A stretch of DNA of 64,000 bases from Octopus vulgaris (GCA_951406725.2 OX597832.1:12214001-12278000), one strand, 5' to 3'. Positions 13,496 to 27,174 are shown, counted from the first letter of the stretch. The notes: a model not told the origin generated them from the sequence alone. Numbers and translations: made by a program.

Positions 13496-13904
13496 TATCT
13501 TATATTTTTGTAAGCTTGTATATATATTATATTCTATGTACTATTCGCCGGAATTTTATTCGTCTTTTGATATGCCATATTTTTATTTTATTATCATTAT
13601 ATTTATTTCTCTTAATCTAACAGTTTTAAGCGTGTTATATGCAAAATTTATATTTATATTTATATTTTTATTTGTATATTATACTTACATATTACTCAAT
13701 TAAATTTTTTTTAAATGTCGGACTGTATATAAGATTTGTATGTGTTTGGTCTATCTTTGAATTTTGTAATGTTCCTGTGGTTGTTGCTCGCATTGCCTCC
13801 CCTTGGATAAAAAAGTGTATACAGCTCATTGGAGCACTTCTATTTCCAGTCCGTTGTATATCTTGAGCGTTGTTGTAACTCAAGATATAACTTGATATTT
13901 TGTA

Positions 13905-13935
<31 letters not shown>

Positions 13936-14025
13936 TGGTAGATTTTCCCGTCGTAGACAATGTATGAACATTCAACTTGGTCCTTAACGACCTGCACAAA
14001 TGATTGTTTCTAATAAATAATTCGT

Positions 14026-14175
14026 GCTATAAGACAGCGAACTAGCGAACAATCTAAAAGATATACGATGAGCAGGTGCAGTCAATAATGTTTATATATA
14101 TATATATATTATCAACCGAACATGCTTATCGTAAGTCTTTTTGTTTGTTTGCTTGCTAGTTCGCTGCCTTATAGC
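14026..14175. repeat. Foldback inverted repeat (about 65-bp arms) around a (TA)n loop
   Basis: gctataagacagcgaactagc... versus ...gctagttcgctgccttatagc. Confidence 0.75.
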
Positions 14176-14453
14176 TTTTGCAGAGGCTCGCCTATGGCTT
14201 TTATGTGTTTTAATACCTAGTGTTCTGAGGTAGTCTTCCCCACAAGGACTACATCTGAGCAAACCGGCGAACGAACAATGAACATAAATCGAATATGTGT
14301 GGTCGATAATGTTTACAACGCTGACGATGCTTTTAATGCGTTACTGAATATATGCGCGCGCGTGCTGTATATAAGTATATATATATATATATATATATAT
14401 AAGTATGTATATATATATATATATATATATAAATATATATAAACAACAGACAA

Positions 14454-14499
<46 letters not shown>

Positions 14500-14504
14500 A
14501 ACAG

Positions 14505-14566
<62 letters not shown>

Positions 14567-15376
14567 AACAGACACACACACACACATATATATATATACA
14601 TACATATATATGTTATATCTGATATATCTATTTGTATTTTTGTCTCTCTCTATATATATTTATGTGTATATATATAACTATATAAATATAAATATATATA
14701 TAGTTATATATATATATATCTATCTATATATATATATTTAATTAAAGGTATCATATCATTTGGCTTCTCACAAATTAACTAAATTATACTTCTCCTACAC
14801 TGTGTCTTTCACTTTGTTACTTTTCTCTCTCCATCAGAAATTAATTCCTTATCTCTTTTAAAGTGTCTATAGCCTTGTCTGTCAGTCTAACTATCTGTCT
14901 CTCTTTCTCTCTCTCACTCTCTATCTTCCATATATACATTCCCTTTCACTCCCTTTTTGTCTGAAACACTATTGCCTCTTATGATTAATACCCGCCTACG
15001 TCATTCATATGTGCTGTATCTCAATTTGTACGTATTTCATTTAGATTTTGATATGGCGTGCTCTTTCTCTTTAAAATCTTCAGTAAATTTCTTTATAAAC
15101 ATTTCTAATTCTGCACACTGATTCCATTATTAAATTATTCCCTCACTAAAGAAAAAATCTCTGAATTTTTTCTTCTTCCTAAATATGTAGCTTCTTAAGT
15201 AATGATGATGTATAATGAAATGTAAATTGTGTATACATTTGAAAGTATATCTATCTTTGTATATAAAAACACACACACACACATATATATCTATCTATAT
15301 ATATATATACATATATTTATATATATTAATGCAACTATGTTTATGTAAATATGTATATAAACGCTTATATACACAT

Positions 15377-15442
<66 letters not shown>

Positions 15443-15459
15443 GCTTGTGTGTGTGTGCA

Positions 15460-15605
15460 GGTGTGGCTGTGTGGTAAGAAGCTTTCTTCTCAACCTCATG
15501 GTTCCGTGTTCAGTCCCACTGCGTGGTACCCTGGATAGGTGTTTTCCAGTATAGACTCTAGTCAAACAAAAACTGTGAGTGTATTTGGCAGACGGAAACT
15601 GAATA
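15460..15605 (+). mobile_element. SINE family B, 5' half (tRNA-like head)
   Basis: gtggctgtgtggtaag...gttcagtcccactgcgtgg...gacggaaactgaa. Confidence 0.8.
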
Positions 15606-15621
15606 AATACTTATATATATA

Positions 15622-16279
15622 TAGAAAATATGGTAAAGGATGACTCGTCCAAGGAAATAACATTCTTCCATTGGTCTAGGGACCAATTCTGTAGGATTTT
15701 ACTCCGCTGTAAACGCTTTGCAGCATTTGTTTTTGAAAGTAGTGGTTCTCCCATGAAATCCGGATTTGTGCATCTCCCGGCGAATAGTTTTTGTAGAAAC
15801 TGGGTTCTCGAGGTGGTCATTAAGCTCTGCAGTAGTTTGGAGAGCTGCACTTTTGTGATCCTTTCTAACAATTCGCGTAAGAGTCCGACGGTTCCTATCT
15901 GAAAGATTTAGTCTTTTCCCTGAGTTTTGTTTCGACGAGATTTTTCCGTCTTTCTCAAAGACTGCCATTACTTTCGAGGCAGTACTTCTTAATACACCAA
16001 GCATTTCAGCTGATTTGTAACGCTAGCCCCTACCATACTAGCACCAACAATTTGACATCTTTGAAAGTTCGATACATCTGCAACTTTAATGAGTTTTAAT
16101 TACATTTTTCCTATGATATCTGAAAAGACAAAGCAATTTTCACAAAACATATAAATTAACACTAATAATAAATTTTAAAAAAACCATAAGAATAAACAAG
16201 CTTTCGACGGTTTTATAGATATTTCAAAAAATTATGATGCTACGATGCTAGGTGTTTCCATCATTTTGTCCAACCCCTG
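15622..16279 (-). mobile_element. Tc1-like transposon, 5' part with one terminal repeat; frameshifted transposase
   Basis: Terminus caggggttggacaaaatgatggaaacacc at 16251-16279; peptides FQRCQIVGA, NSGKRLNLSDRNRRTL, VSTKTIRREMHKSGFHGR and WSLDQWKNVISLDESSF across frameshifts. Confidence 0.9.
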
Positions 16280-17959
16280 AGAGTTGGATTTAAATGACTA
16301 AGGAATAGAGACTGTTGCGCTTTTCCTGATATCGTTGCTTGCTGATCCAAGATCAAACGACAGTATTCCAATCCTTATCATTCTTTCGTTTTCGGTAAGA
16401 TTAAATAATCTAGTGAGTTATATATAATATCTTTATTTATAATATTATATATATATATATATATATAATATCCTTATTTATAATAGTGGATTATGTGGTG
16501 AAGTAATTGAAGAGGTTGTAGTAGTAGCAGTGGTGGTGGTGGTAATAGTAGTAGTAGTAGCAGCATCAGTATTACTAGTAGTAGTATTAGCAGTAGAAGC
16601 ATCAGCAGTAGAATTAATAGTAGTAGTTGTTGTAGTAGTAGTAGTCACTGTTATTATTGTTGTTGTTGCGAATATCTGAGTATGTGATGCTTAGGAATTG
16701 CTGAGTAACTGCTCATCAGATGTTTCATTTCATTATTTTATGAGATCGATATAATTTGCCAATCAATAATCCAACGGCAGTCAAGTCGCTCGTGAATTTC
16801 TGTAGGGTTAATAACCGAACACCACTTTTTATTATTTTCTGGTTCCCCAACCGGGACTTAATATTTCTCAAATTTGATATGTAGTTGAATTAGCAAGCGT
16901 TACAGATCAGGATGCTCTGTATCTGATTTAATTTAATGAGTTTCATGAATTATCAAATCTATGCTGTTATGTCTCCCATTGGGAGACATTCTGAAGTATT
17001 ATGTTTATAAATGCAATACAGATAAGCTTGCTGGACTTAGGAGAGATTCCAGATAGGTGACCTTCTTAGACCATATTCTAGCTAAATATGTGACGTCAAA
17101 AGTTCTCCGATGAAAGTAAAATATGTTTCTTATCAGTAATGAAGGAACAGTAAAACACTGCTGGGACTCCGGTTATTTACCTCTTTGGGATCTACAGTAT
17201 AGTTCATGTTTGAGGTGGGATCATTAACTTTGACGGTTACGCGTAAGACAATATAACAGCGCATGTATAATGATGATGAGCTAAAAGAACAAAATGGAGA
17301 TGAGAAAAACTGCAATGTTATTTAGTATACATGTATTTTGGAGAAAGATACAAAGAAAGTAACTGGTACAAAAACTTATTATTCCTGAAGCATCTACCTA
17401 CGCAAACATTCAAGAAAACTTGGGTGGAAGGATGTCCATAATATGGATGATGAATGTGTCAGCAATGTACATTACGTGAGAGAAATATCAGTTGAGGTTG
17501 ATCGCAAAACGGCTTGTTGTTTTGAAGATATCAAGATGAAGCTGAAAACAACAGCTGATTCATAACGATGGGTAAGCTTAAAACAGCAAGTGCAGATCAA
17601 TAATGCTGATAACCAAATAAGTATTTGTGGAAATGTATTTTTTTGTATTCATAAGCATCGTCTTCAGAATGTATAGCACAACATTTACAGTTGTGACCAG
17701 ATAAATATAAAGCATTGTAATAGCAATCACTGCAGAATTTCGCTTTACTCGATGTTTCCAATTGCCTATTCAATCAAAAATATTCACAAGTAGCATTCGA
17801 GCATAGATGTCGAAGTTCTCCCACTAAAATTTCTAGCCCCGAGCCAAAATTTCACACATAATTACCATATAATTAACAGACTGCTCGACGAAATGCCTTG
17901 TGAATATACTTCGCTTAAAATTCAAATAAATTCCGGGACATATTTCCATTTTGATTATA

Positions 17960-18186
17960 CAAGGTTAGCCAAAAGTCAACTGACAGTAAATCAAAACCGT
18001 TTAATTCAAGATTTATTTATGTATAACAACTGAGTGAATTTAATAAAAACATCTAAATATGAAACATGAAAGCTGTTCAAACTGAAGACCTTGAGCGACA
18101 CCATTTTCCCCAAATGTATAAATAAATTAAATATTAAGTATTTATTGAATTTTTATTTACTGTCGGATGACTTTTGGTCAACTCTG
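17960..18186. mobile_element. Tc1/mariner-type MITE (227 bp) with TA target duplication
   Basis: About 32-bp TIRs caaggttagccaaaagtcaactgacagtaaat / atttactgtcggatgacttttggtcaactctg, flanked by TA on both sides. Confidence 0.85.
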
Positions 18187-18344
18187 TATCTGTGTATAGC
18201 AAAAGATTCTATGCAAGGAATATCCTGTAGGCCTCTGACATCAATTAGCCATAGTTGAAAATAATGAAATGTTATTGTACTAAATATTGTCCTTCCACTT
18301 TGCTTAAGTTATGTAAATATATAAATTTTAAATATTTTAATAAG

Positions 18345-18548
18345 TTTTGGCACAATACCATCAGTTTAATGCAGAAAGATGAGTTAATTTTATCGACTTC
18401 TGTACTCGACTGGTACTTACCTAATCGACCTTGAAAAGATGTAAGGCAACACAGAATTTGGTCACATATGAACTCAGACCGCAAAGCCAGAAGAAAAGCA
18501 GTTAAGCATTTTGTCCGGTGCCGTAAAGACTCTGCCAGCTCGCCACCT
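18345..18548 (-). mobile_element. SINE family A (diverged)
   Basis: ctctgccagctcgccacc head end and ctggtacttacctaatcgacc central block. Confidence 0.75.
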
Positions 18549-21500
18549 TTATAATATATGATTAATGCATTCATTTCTTATCTTTTCTGATCTAATCAAC
18601 GAGCATTTCAGTGCTCATCTAACTCAATCCCATTTCATGTAGCTGAGTATTCCAAAGACAAAGTTGACTTGTAATACATTTGTTAAGCTGAAATTGTATT
18701 ACACAATGTACGAAGACTGGAGCGATGAATTACTGGTGAAATCTTGTGAGAAAGAGACATAGGCACAAAGAGACTGGGCAGGGAGAGATCTGTTGAGAAA
18801 GAGAGATAGGAGGGGGAGAGAGAGTGGGGAGAGAGGGGGAATTGTTTCAGTACTGTATAGTATTATATATATATGTATATATATATATATATATATATAA
18901 ACACCGAAATTACCACTTGTAAAGGTTGATCTGCTCAAGAATTGAACACGAAATGCAAACATTTGTAATGAATAGGGCAAGATATTTTATCCGATGCTTC
19001 AAAGATTCTATCAATTTACAACCTTAAAAAGTAAATACTTTACATGGAAAATATGATTGTAAATGTTAATTAACAGAACAGTTTAAATAACAATTTCTTT
19101 TTTGTTTTTGAGTAATGAACTATACGAGAATATATGTGTGAAAGAGAATCATTAATAGACATTCTTGAACCCACACTACATTCTTCTATACGTAAGAATT
19201 CAATGAATCTATTTGAAGCGTATGACTTACTAATGCAAGGTCAGTTTTTTCTGGTTTTACTGGCTATTATTTGATCGATTTTTAAAATTAGTTTGCAATT
19301 TTTCATTTTTTTTTTCGTTTTTGTTCATATATCGATTAATTTGTGTGAGCAAATGTTGATCAAAGATCACTTAAGCGTTAGTGGAGATTAATTTTATATT
19401 TTCAGCTTTAAAAAATATATATAAAAAAATCAGCTATACAAAATAATAGAGTGATGATAAGAAAATAAAGTAAAAGATTCTTGAAGGACAAATAATTCTT
19501 AGGAAATAATTATGAAAATAATTACTAAACTTACGAAACATGATTGATTTTTGCTTCTTATTTCTTTGTCTTTCTTTTCATTTTTACAAAGTATAGCCAA
19601 ACTTTGTTAAATGGCGAATTAAAAATAAAGAATTATACAAAGCAAAACAATAAGAAATAAAAGAAGATGAAAACAACTTTAGTTTATGTAAATACATTAA
19701 TAACGACATGATGAACAAGAAAATGTTCATTCTGAACATTTTTAGATTTAACGAAGCTTAAAGTTTCATTTTTCAAGAGCGGAAATCCTTTTCTGTATCG
19801 TATATCTAGGTCCAGAAATAGAGGGTTCGATAGCCTTTCATAAATACATTATATAATTACAAAAATAATTTCCTCTCAACAACAGGATATAAAAAAACCT
19901 GTATTAAAGCATTAGAGAAAATGGATCCGTTCACATTATGTTATTCTTTTAATGCCTTATAATATTAATAGATTTTTCATACAGGAATAAATACCGTCTT
20001 TTATATTGATTGATAAATCCATTGCACAAATTTCAGGATCATAGTAATATTCTTTGTGCATAACGCTTAAAAGTCATTAAAACAAAATTGATAATATATA
20101 AGTAGAAAGGTTATCAGAGGCCGAGTTTCTGGGAATGTGTTGGCGACCGTACTATTTCTTACAAGGTTACTATCTATTTTTTTGTAGTTTATGTGGTCGT
20201 TTGTGTATTTCTTTGTAATGGATATATCTTTGCCTTTATAAATGAATGAATTAAAGCAAGGCTGTTATAGGTTATTCGTGGCTGATATGCATTTTAATGA
20301 TGATTCTTACGTGGGGAATTGATCTCATAAAGCCAAGGTATACAAAACAACTTCCACTACATTTTATCAGTTCTGCTAATCCGTCAACCTATAAATATTA
20401 TTTATATATCTTCTCGAAAATGTGAAAAGCATAATCATACACATTGAAATTTAAAATCAAATTGTAAGAAACCAGCAGAGATAATGAAAAGCATTTTATC
20501 CGATACCTTCACGATTCTGCAATTCGTCACGTGAAAGACCGTATTGTTCAATAGAACAAAATACTTTTGTAATTGTCAAAGCAGTACCTTTCTTTTAAGA
20601 ATACGCACTATTGCTCCCTTTTAACTCTTTCTTACTATTTCTTCGGTTACATGCAAACTTTCAAGTTTAACACCATCTGCGTTAATTACACCAGACTGGT
20701 AAGATCAGTGATGCTAATATACTTAGCTTGTCTAACTTATACGGTAAAAGACAGTACGAGCGGTAATACATTACGTCACATATGATTAGAATCACAGTTA
20801 CAATGGAAGCATACTTTTGTAATCTTCTTTCTTCCCATAAGCATTGTGACTAATTTATTTCAAATAAATTTTTTGCTAAGAATTGCTGGTTAACAACAAA
20901 TATTTAACCCAATCCTTCTGCTACGATTGGCTCATATTAGATGCACCTCTCTACGAATGATCCTTTACTTGAGTTATAGGAAATATGTCTGAATATAATT
21001 TAAGTGTCCACTACGTCATGAAGTGTAAATAGAAGCATGCATTAAAATTTACCTGTCTTACGCGGTGATTCACTGAAATGATGATAGCATTTAAAACTCA
21101 CGAGTCCATAAATTTCTTTTTTCCCCCTATATTTATAGCCAATTAAAATGGTCTCTACCTGAATGGAGGAAAGGAGGAAGTCCTCTTAATAAAGATGTTC
21201 AATTGAATAATTCTAACAGCTAAATATAATGAAAGATCGGAGACTCTGTTAATATTCGCATCTAGTATGGTCTGAGGAATTGTCCTTCGACAGACTTCTA
21301 CATAACATTTATCAATGGAATGTTACTTTGACTGCAATAGTGATACAGTTACTATGTTTAAACCCTATACACATAGACTCAGATAACTTCTACTACCTAT
21401 GAAAACAGTGACACAAGCATTTTGCAGATATTTCTTTGTGTCTAGGGAAATGTTTCAATAAAGGAAATATAGCGAGAACGATATATAATTTGTTCGCATT

Positions 21501-21937
21501 TACATTAATATTTTTAGGAATATTTATTCAACATTAAACACAATCCCTGTAGATTGGCGTTTTCATTCCTCCTTTAGAAATAAATACATTTATCACGTGA
21601 TATAATCTGTCATGGACAAAAATGGGTTTTTAGTGCCTGAGATGTAATAGATATTAACAAAATGCAAACGTTAGGTCATTCAAAATTTAACAATGCATTT
21701 GGTGGTATATGATTCACAAAGCATATAAAAATGTCACTACTTTAGCAGTGAATAATAAAATCTACGTTCCTTATTGGTTTTTTCTTTGTGTTTTTTTTTT
21801 GTAGTTAATCATTTAATCATTATGCAAATATGTAATTTCTGCACAGCAGAATATTTTGGACAAAGCATGCAGCTAGATTGTCAGAGAAGTAATTTTAATA
21901 ACAATAACTGCTCTAATTTAAAAGAGAAAATAAAAGC

Positions 21938-22320
21938 AGCCTCAATATAACAGAAAATATTTTATAGCAACGAGTTACCATTTGATTTGAAAATACCACT
22001 AAATCAGGAAATCATACAAGAACAGTCAATTGCAGTGAAAATATCATTCGTGAATACAATAATAAAAGACGACAAGGAAAAGAAAGCCAAAACAAAAACA
22101 CCTTAGCTGTAACAGAAAACATTTTACACAAAGCAAGTCACCTCTGTAGTTGAACATAAAACAGGAAATCAGACATTTGCAATGAAAATATCATGCCGTA
22201 CACGAACACAGTATTAAATTACTACAAAAGAAACGACAATCACCTTAGCAATAGCAAAATGTATTTTATATGAGAACTGGCTAGCATTAGAGTAGATCAT
22301 AAACCAAAAAACTTAACAAA
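21938..22320. repeat. Degenerate tandem repeat, 2.5 units of about 145-165 bp
   Basis: Recurring blocks taacagaaaa.atttta, caggaaatca, ttgca.tgaaaatatcat and caccttagc. Confidence 0.6.
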
Positions 22321-22389
22321 ATTTTCAGAAAACCATTAGTGTTATGTAACAATGCTTTAATCATCTCTATACCCTCAACACTCATCATC

Positions 22390-22760
22390 ATCATGATTAT
22401 CAAAGAACCCCCTAACTCGACATGCTGTCACGGCTGTCTTCAAATAAAGCTTCGTGTTCTGTGCCACCAAGTGCATTAATAATTCTGCACTTTTTAAAAG
22501 CTTTCACAAAAATATCAACTCTTAGATTTTCCCAGTCATTTATTCTCCTATGCACACAAGTATGGTATGGTGAGACACTTCACATTTTCTTTTGCTGTGA
22601 GGCTGCAGACCGGATTCTAAGTCAATTTTCTAGTTATTTTACTCGAAGTTACTAAATGACGCGTTTAGTGTATATATCTGAAGTCAGCAATTAGCATTCA
22701 GCACCACAAGGAATGACAAATACTTAGATTTTTCAGTTGGAAAATTGTACTTTCATGTAT
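22390..22760 (-). pseudogene. pogo/Tigger-like (DDE_1) transposase C-terminal remnant
   Basis: Minus strand VIPCGAE..SDIYTK then WENLRVDIFVKAFKKCRIINALGGTEHEALFE, like IPGGxTxxLQPLD and IIVKSFKKCGISNALDGTEDDxLWE. Confidence 0.7.
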
Positions 22761-24184
22761 TCCATTCTGTGAAGTCTGGAATTATCCTATGAACAGAATA
22801 GGAGGTTATATAAGCAGATATATCCATACATTGTGTAGCGGAAATTCGTATTAGACTCAGTGGAGATCTTTAAGTAAAACAACGTATTTCTTTGTGCATA
22901 TTATATACAGGAATATAAAAGCTCAAATTCAGGAAAAATACGATGAATTGTATACATATATATTTCTCAGATTATCCCTTCTATATATAGAGACATGCCT
23001 CCCCACACACACATACATACACACATATACATACACACACACACACACACATTTCGGCGAAATTTCTTCGCGTAATCTTCACAGTATTCATCCTAAGTAA
23101 AGTGAAAACTAGTCTGATAAAAGAACTTCGAAATTATGTTTAAAATCATAAACAAAACGTATACGAAATTAAGAATGGGAACTAATTACAAAAATGTGCA
23201 TTATATATATAAAGAATACTGCACAAATATTTTGAGAATTTAATGAGAAAAACACAAAGTTTACAAAGAACAGTATGGGGTAGATTATTCATATTTCTAT
23301 CATATACAGAAATTATAAAATATAAATATATACGCATCTTCTTGTGTATATATAGGTGTGTGTGTATATGTGTGTGTGCTTATATTCGTATGTATGTGCT
23401 TATGTATCGATGTGTATATATGTATTCAATTTTTAATTCCTTATCATCGTATCTGTCTGATGATAGATCACATGATGCGCTGAGAAAAACTTTCTGCAAA
23501 GTGTTTTTTCGACTTTAATACATATGCGTGTGTATGTGTTTGTGTATATGTATATATGTTTGTATATATATATGTATATATATATATGTGTATATAAATA
23601 TATATATATATACATATATATATACATATATATATGTGTGTGTGTGTGTATGTACATGTGTAAAATATATATATATATATATTCATATATTTATATTTTC
23701 ATATATATATATGCACACACACACACATATACATACATACGTACATATAAATGGTTTTGATAAATACTGTAGATTCGAGTCTTGCGATTTTATATATATT
23801 CCATATCATAATTATATGATTTTTAAGGAGAATGTTATCTAGCTATCACTCATATGTTTTAGAAATGAGTTTATTTCTGAGAAAACGCCACTATGTCTGC
23901 GATATCGAAATTTATATGTCTCCTCTAAATAGTAAAATAGAATAACAAATAGAGAAATTTTGAAATAGTAAAAATGAAACACCACGCTGAAGAATGAATA
24001 TTGAATTAGGAAACATTATACGAGAAAAAGAAATTTTGTGGCGAATTAAAGCAAAATTGTAAATTATGAATTCCTTTATACATGCCGTTTCTATTTGATT
24101 TGCCACGACAATATCTCTTTCCAATAACACCATGTATGTATGTGTGAGAGTGGATGTCAATACAGTTATGGACCTATCTTCTAT

Positions 24185-24535
24185 TTCTGTCTTTTACCTA
24201 TTTAGTTATTGTACTGTGGCCATGCTGGGATACCACTATGAAACATTTAGACGATCGAATCGACTCTTGTAATTCTTTTCATCTTTGTTTCTTATCTGTC
24301 GGTTTTTTTTACCATGGGACTGGGAAACAAACTGACACCTATAGTCAAGATGACATAGGACAAAGGCACACACGCACACCCACATATACACACACATACA
24401 TACATACTGTACTTACGACTACCAAATTTACAAATTTCGGGATTACACAAGAAGGTACCTCTCTAATGTTTCGCGCAATGAGAACGAACCTGAGACCGTG
24501 TGATTGTAATGCAATATTCATAACCACACAGCCAC
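24185..24535 (-). mobile_element. SINE family B (old, diverged)
   Basis: tgtggccatgctgg tail and aaccacacagccac head end, with internal (CA)-rich tract. Confidence 0.6.
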
Positions 24536-24688
24536 ACACACATGCACATACACACACACACAAACGCACACACACATACACACACATATGTATATATGTA
24601 TGTATTCTTTCATCGTAAGTTGAAGTTAACTTTAGTGTCTTATAACGCTAGAGTTACAAATCCCAAAATTGCAGAACAATTTGTTACT

Positions 24689-24761
24689 GGGCAGTTTAGC
24701 TTAAAGGTAAAGCACTTGATGCGTAATCACAGGGATGTCAGTTCGAATCTCATGGGTGACC
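24689..24761 (+). pseudogene. tRNA-like sequence (Thr-CGT-like pseudogene or isolated SINE head)
   Basis: D arm gctt/aagc with GG, anticodon arm tga-tgCGTaa-tca, T loop gttcgaatc; acceptor stem pairs poorly. Confidence 0.5.
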
Positions 24762-24852
24762 GGTAACGAATTTTTCTGCAATAAATCGATAGTTTATTCT
24801 GTTCATGTTATTGTATAAGCATTATCATGCTTTTTAGATGAAACTATTTTTT

Positions 24853-24899
<47 letters not shown>

Positions 24900-25424
24900 G
24901 AATAAATTCTATAAAACTTTGATGTAATTAAACAATTTATGCCATATTACTGATCGCGGGATATGATTTAATTAGTAATACAAGTCTCTGATTTAATGAG
25001 AAAAACACAAATTTTAGGCTAAACACAGAAATGAAGATTATGGTCAAGGTTTTATCAAAAAAGTTAGCACATGTGGTGGATGGACTCGTTGGGGAGGCAC
25101 AAACATGTGCCGTTCCCGGCAGATCCATACAAGATAATCTTCACCATCTACGCTGCAACTTATAAACCTAATATTGTTAGGTTTATCATTTCAAAACGCC
25201 TAAATAACCCGTTCGGTCGGTTTTGAATTTTTTAAAATCTTCATTTCATTACTGTTCTACGGAGTACTGTATATACGCGAAGAAATTTAAACAAAATTGC
25301 CTCCATATTTCCCCATACAAAATTAGCATGTATGTCCCGACAACGATTCGAAGATAATGTTTTGTATCAAACTACCAATGCGAAAACGAAATCATATTGA
25401 TGGTATATCTCATACAAAGATAGT

Positions 25425-25936
25425 ATAAATGGCACCCTTCAGTCGAAGTATCACCATACATATTCCTTTCGATAGGTGATATTCATCAGAAAATATATTA
25501 CATTGAAAGTGTACGAAACCGCTATATAAATATTTATAGAAAATTTCTTCTTGCCCGCGTAAAAGAAAATATCTGCTCGTATCCTCCACTATCTATACTG
25601 TGATATAAAATACAGATATACATATAGCATAACTTATTCAAACGTTTATTGCAATGAAAATGATGTACCTAATTTATAATCATCTGCCTACCATTAAACA
25701 TATTCGAAGCATTTTGTATATGATATATTCAGGTGTAGTCGAACTTCTGTTACATGTTTTGTATCACACTATAGATATTGGAGGATACTATCAGATATTC
25801 CGATAGCAAGAAGAAATTTAGTATCCATATTTATATTGCAGTTTCTTATGCTTTTAACGTAATATGTTTTCTGATGAATATCAACTATAGAAAAGAATAT
25901 ATATGGTTTTACTTCGACTGAAGGGTGCCACTTTAT
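25425..25936. mobile_element. Foldback/MITE-like element with about 190-bp terminal inverted repeats
   Basis: tggcacccttcagtcgaagta versus tacttcgactgaagggtgcca; complementarity continues inward (gtatcctccactatctata / tatagatattggaggatac). Confidence 0.85.
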
Positions 25937-27078
25937 TTGAATATTGCGCTAAAAATTTAGAAAATGCCTCCCTGTAAGAAAATATATGTCCTATATTATT
26001 TGTGATATCTCTCTCTCTCTCTCTCTGATGCATTCTCTCTTTCTCTTTCTCTCTATCTTTCTTATTATATATATATATATATATTCAGAAAGAGGGAGAC
26101 AGAGACAGAGGGAGTGAGAGAGTGGTGTCGTCACAGATAAGAACTAATATGTATATGTATATATATGCGCGTAAGTACAAATATAATTGTATATATACAT
26201 GCATATGGCGTTTTTAATATAATTCCTAGAAAGAAATCCAATCCGATAGAAATAATTCTACGGTGAAAAAAAAAACACTTAGTGGATTTCTGAATATACC
26301 ACCTTACACAAACAATCAGCCGCATATTCACACAGAATAAGTATGTGCTTACGCGCGTGTATGTGTGTATATCAATGTGTATATACATATGTTTACATAC
26401 AAAGCTAGAGAAATATCATAGACAAAAACAGAAAGTTACATAGACAAATAGATAGTAAGTAAGATAAATTTAAAGATAGATAGAAAGGTAGATAGATAGA
26501 TAAATAGATAGATAGATAGATATATAGATAGATGGATAGATCTGTGAAGATAAATACACACACACGTGCACATACACGCGCGCGCAGTAAGTATACTTAG
26601 TGTCTACAAATTTCTTGATGGAATGATTTAATATAAGGATCTAACAAACGCAAATCTAATAACAAACAGAAATTGATGCTAAGCACATTACACATACCCT
26701 TGGTTTTCATGTCAGTGTGCCTACATGTTTGAAAGATTCTTGGACTGAATAGAGAACTTTCCACTATCTATTGCGTCAGAAGAAAGAAAAGTAAATATAC
26801 AGTAAATAACAAAAAAAAAACCAAAACAAAACAAAGACATTATCAGCTGAGAATACAATTATGTAATCGAAGGAGTGCAACTTAGCAAAAGAATGCACAA
26901 GCAAATACACACATATTGAAAATGCTTCTATGTAGTTGCACACATTTGTGCGCATATATATATATATATATACATACATATATATATATATATATGACTA
27001 TAAACATATATACTCACAAAAATGTATATATGCCTCTATCTATCTATCTATCTCTCTCTCTATCTATCTATCTATCTA

Positions 27079-27174
<96 letters not shown>

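Larger units (their letters stand above)
12531..13630 (+). mobile_element. 5'-truncated Penelope-like retroelement (GIY-YIG domain plus 3' UTR/pLTR)
   Basis: GIY-YIG frame followed by an AT-rich UTR with (AAAAT)n and a hammerhead fold; 16-bp duplication caggttgaaaaaatgt at the 5' junction. Confidence 0.85.

Noticed and set aside
19000-21900. Long stretch without recognisable repeats, a candidate for host exons or regulatory DNA
   Set aside because: No long ORF, recognisable domain or convincing splice pattern by eye; RNA-seq or cross-species alignment would be needed, and the same holds for 62000-63500.
23455-23515. CTGATGA...GAAA spacing
   Set aside because: Stems I and II do not pair; expected by chance in AT-rich DNA.
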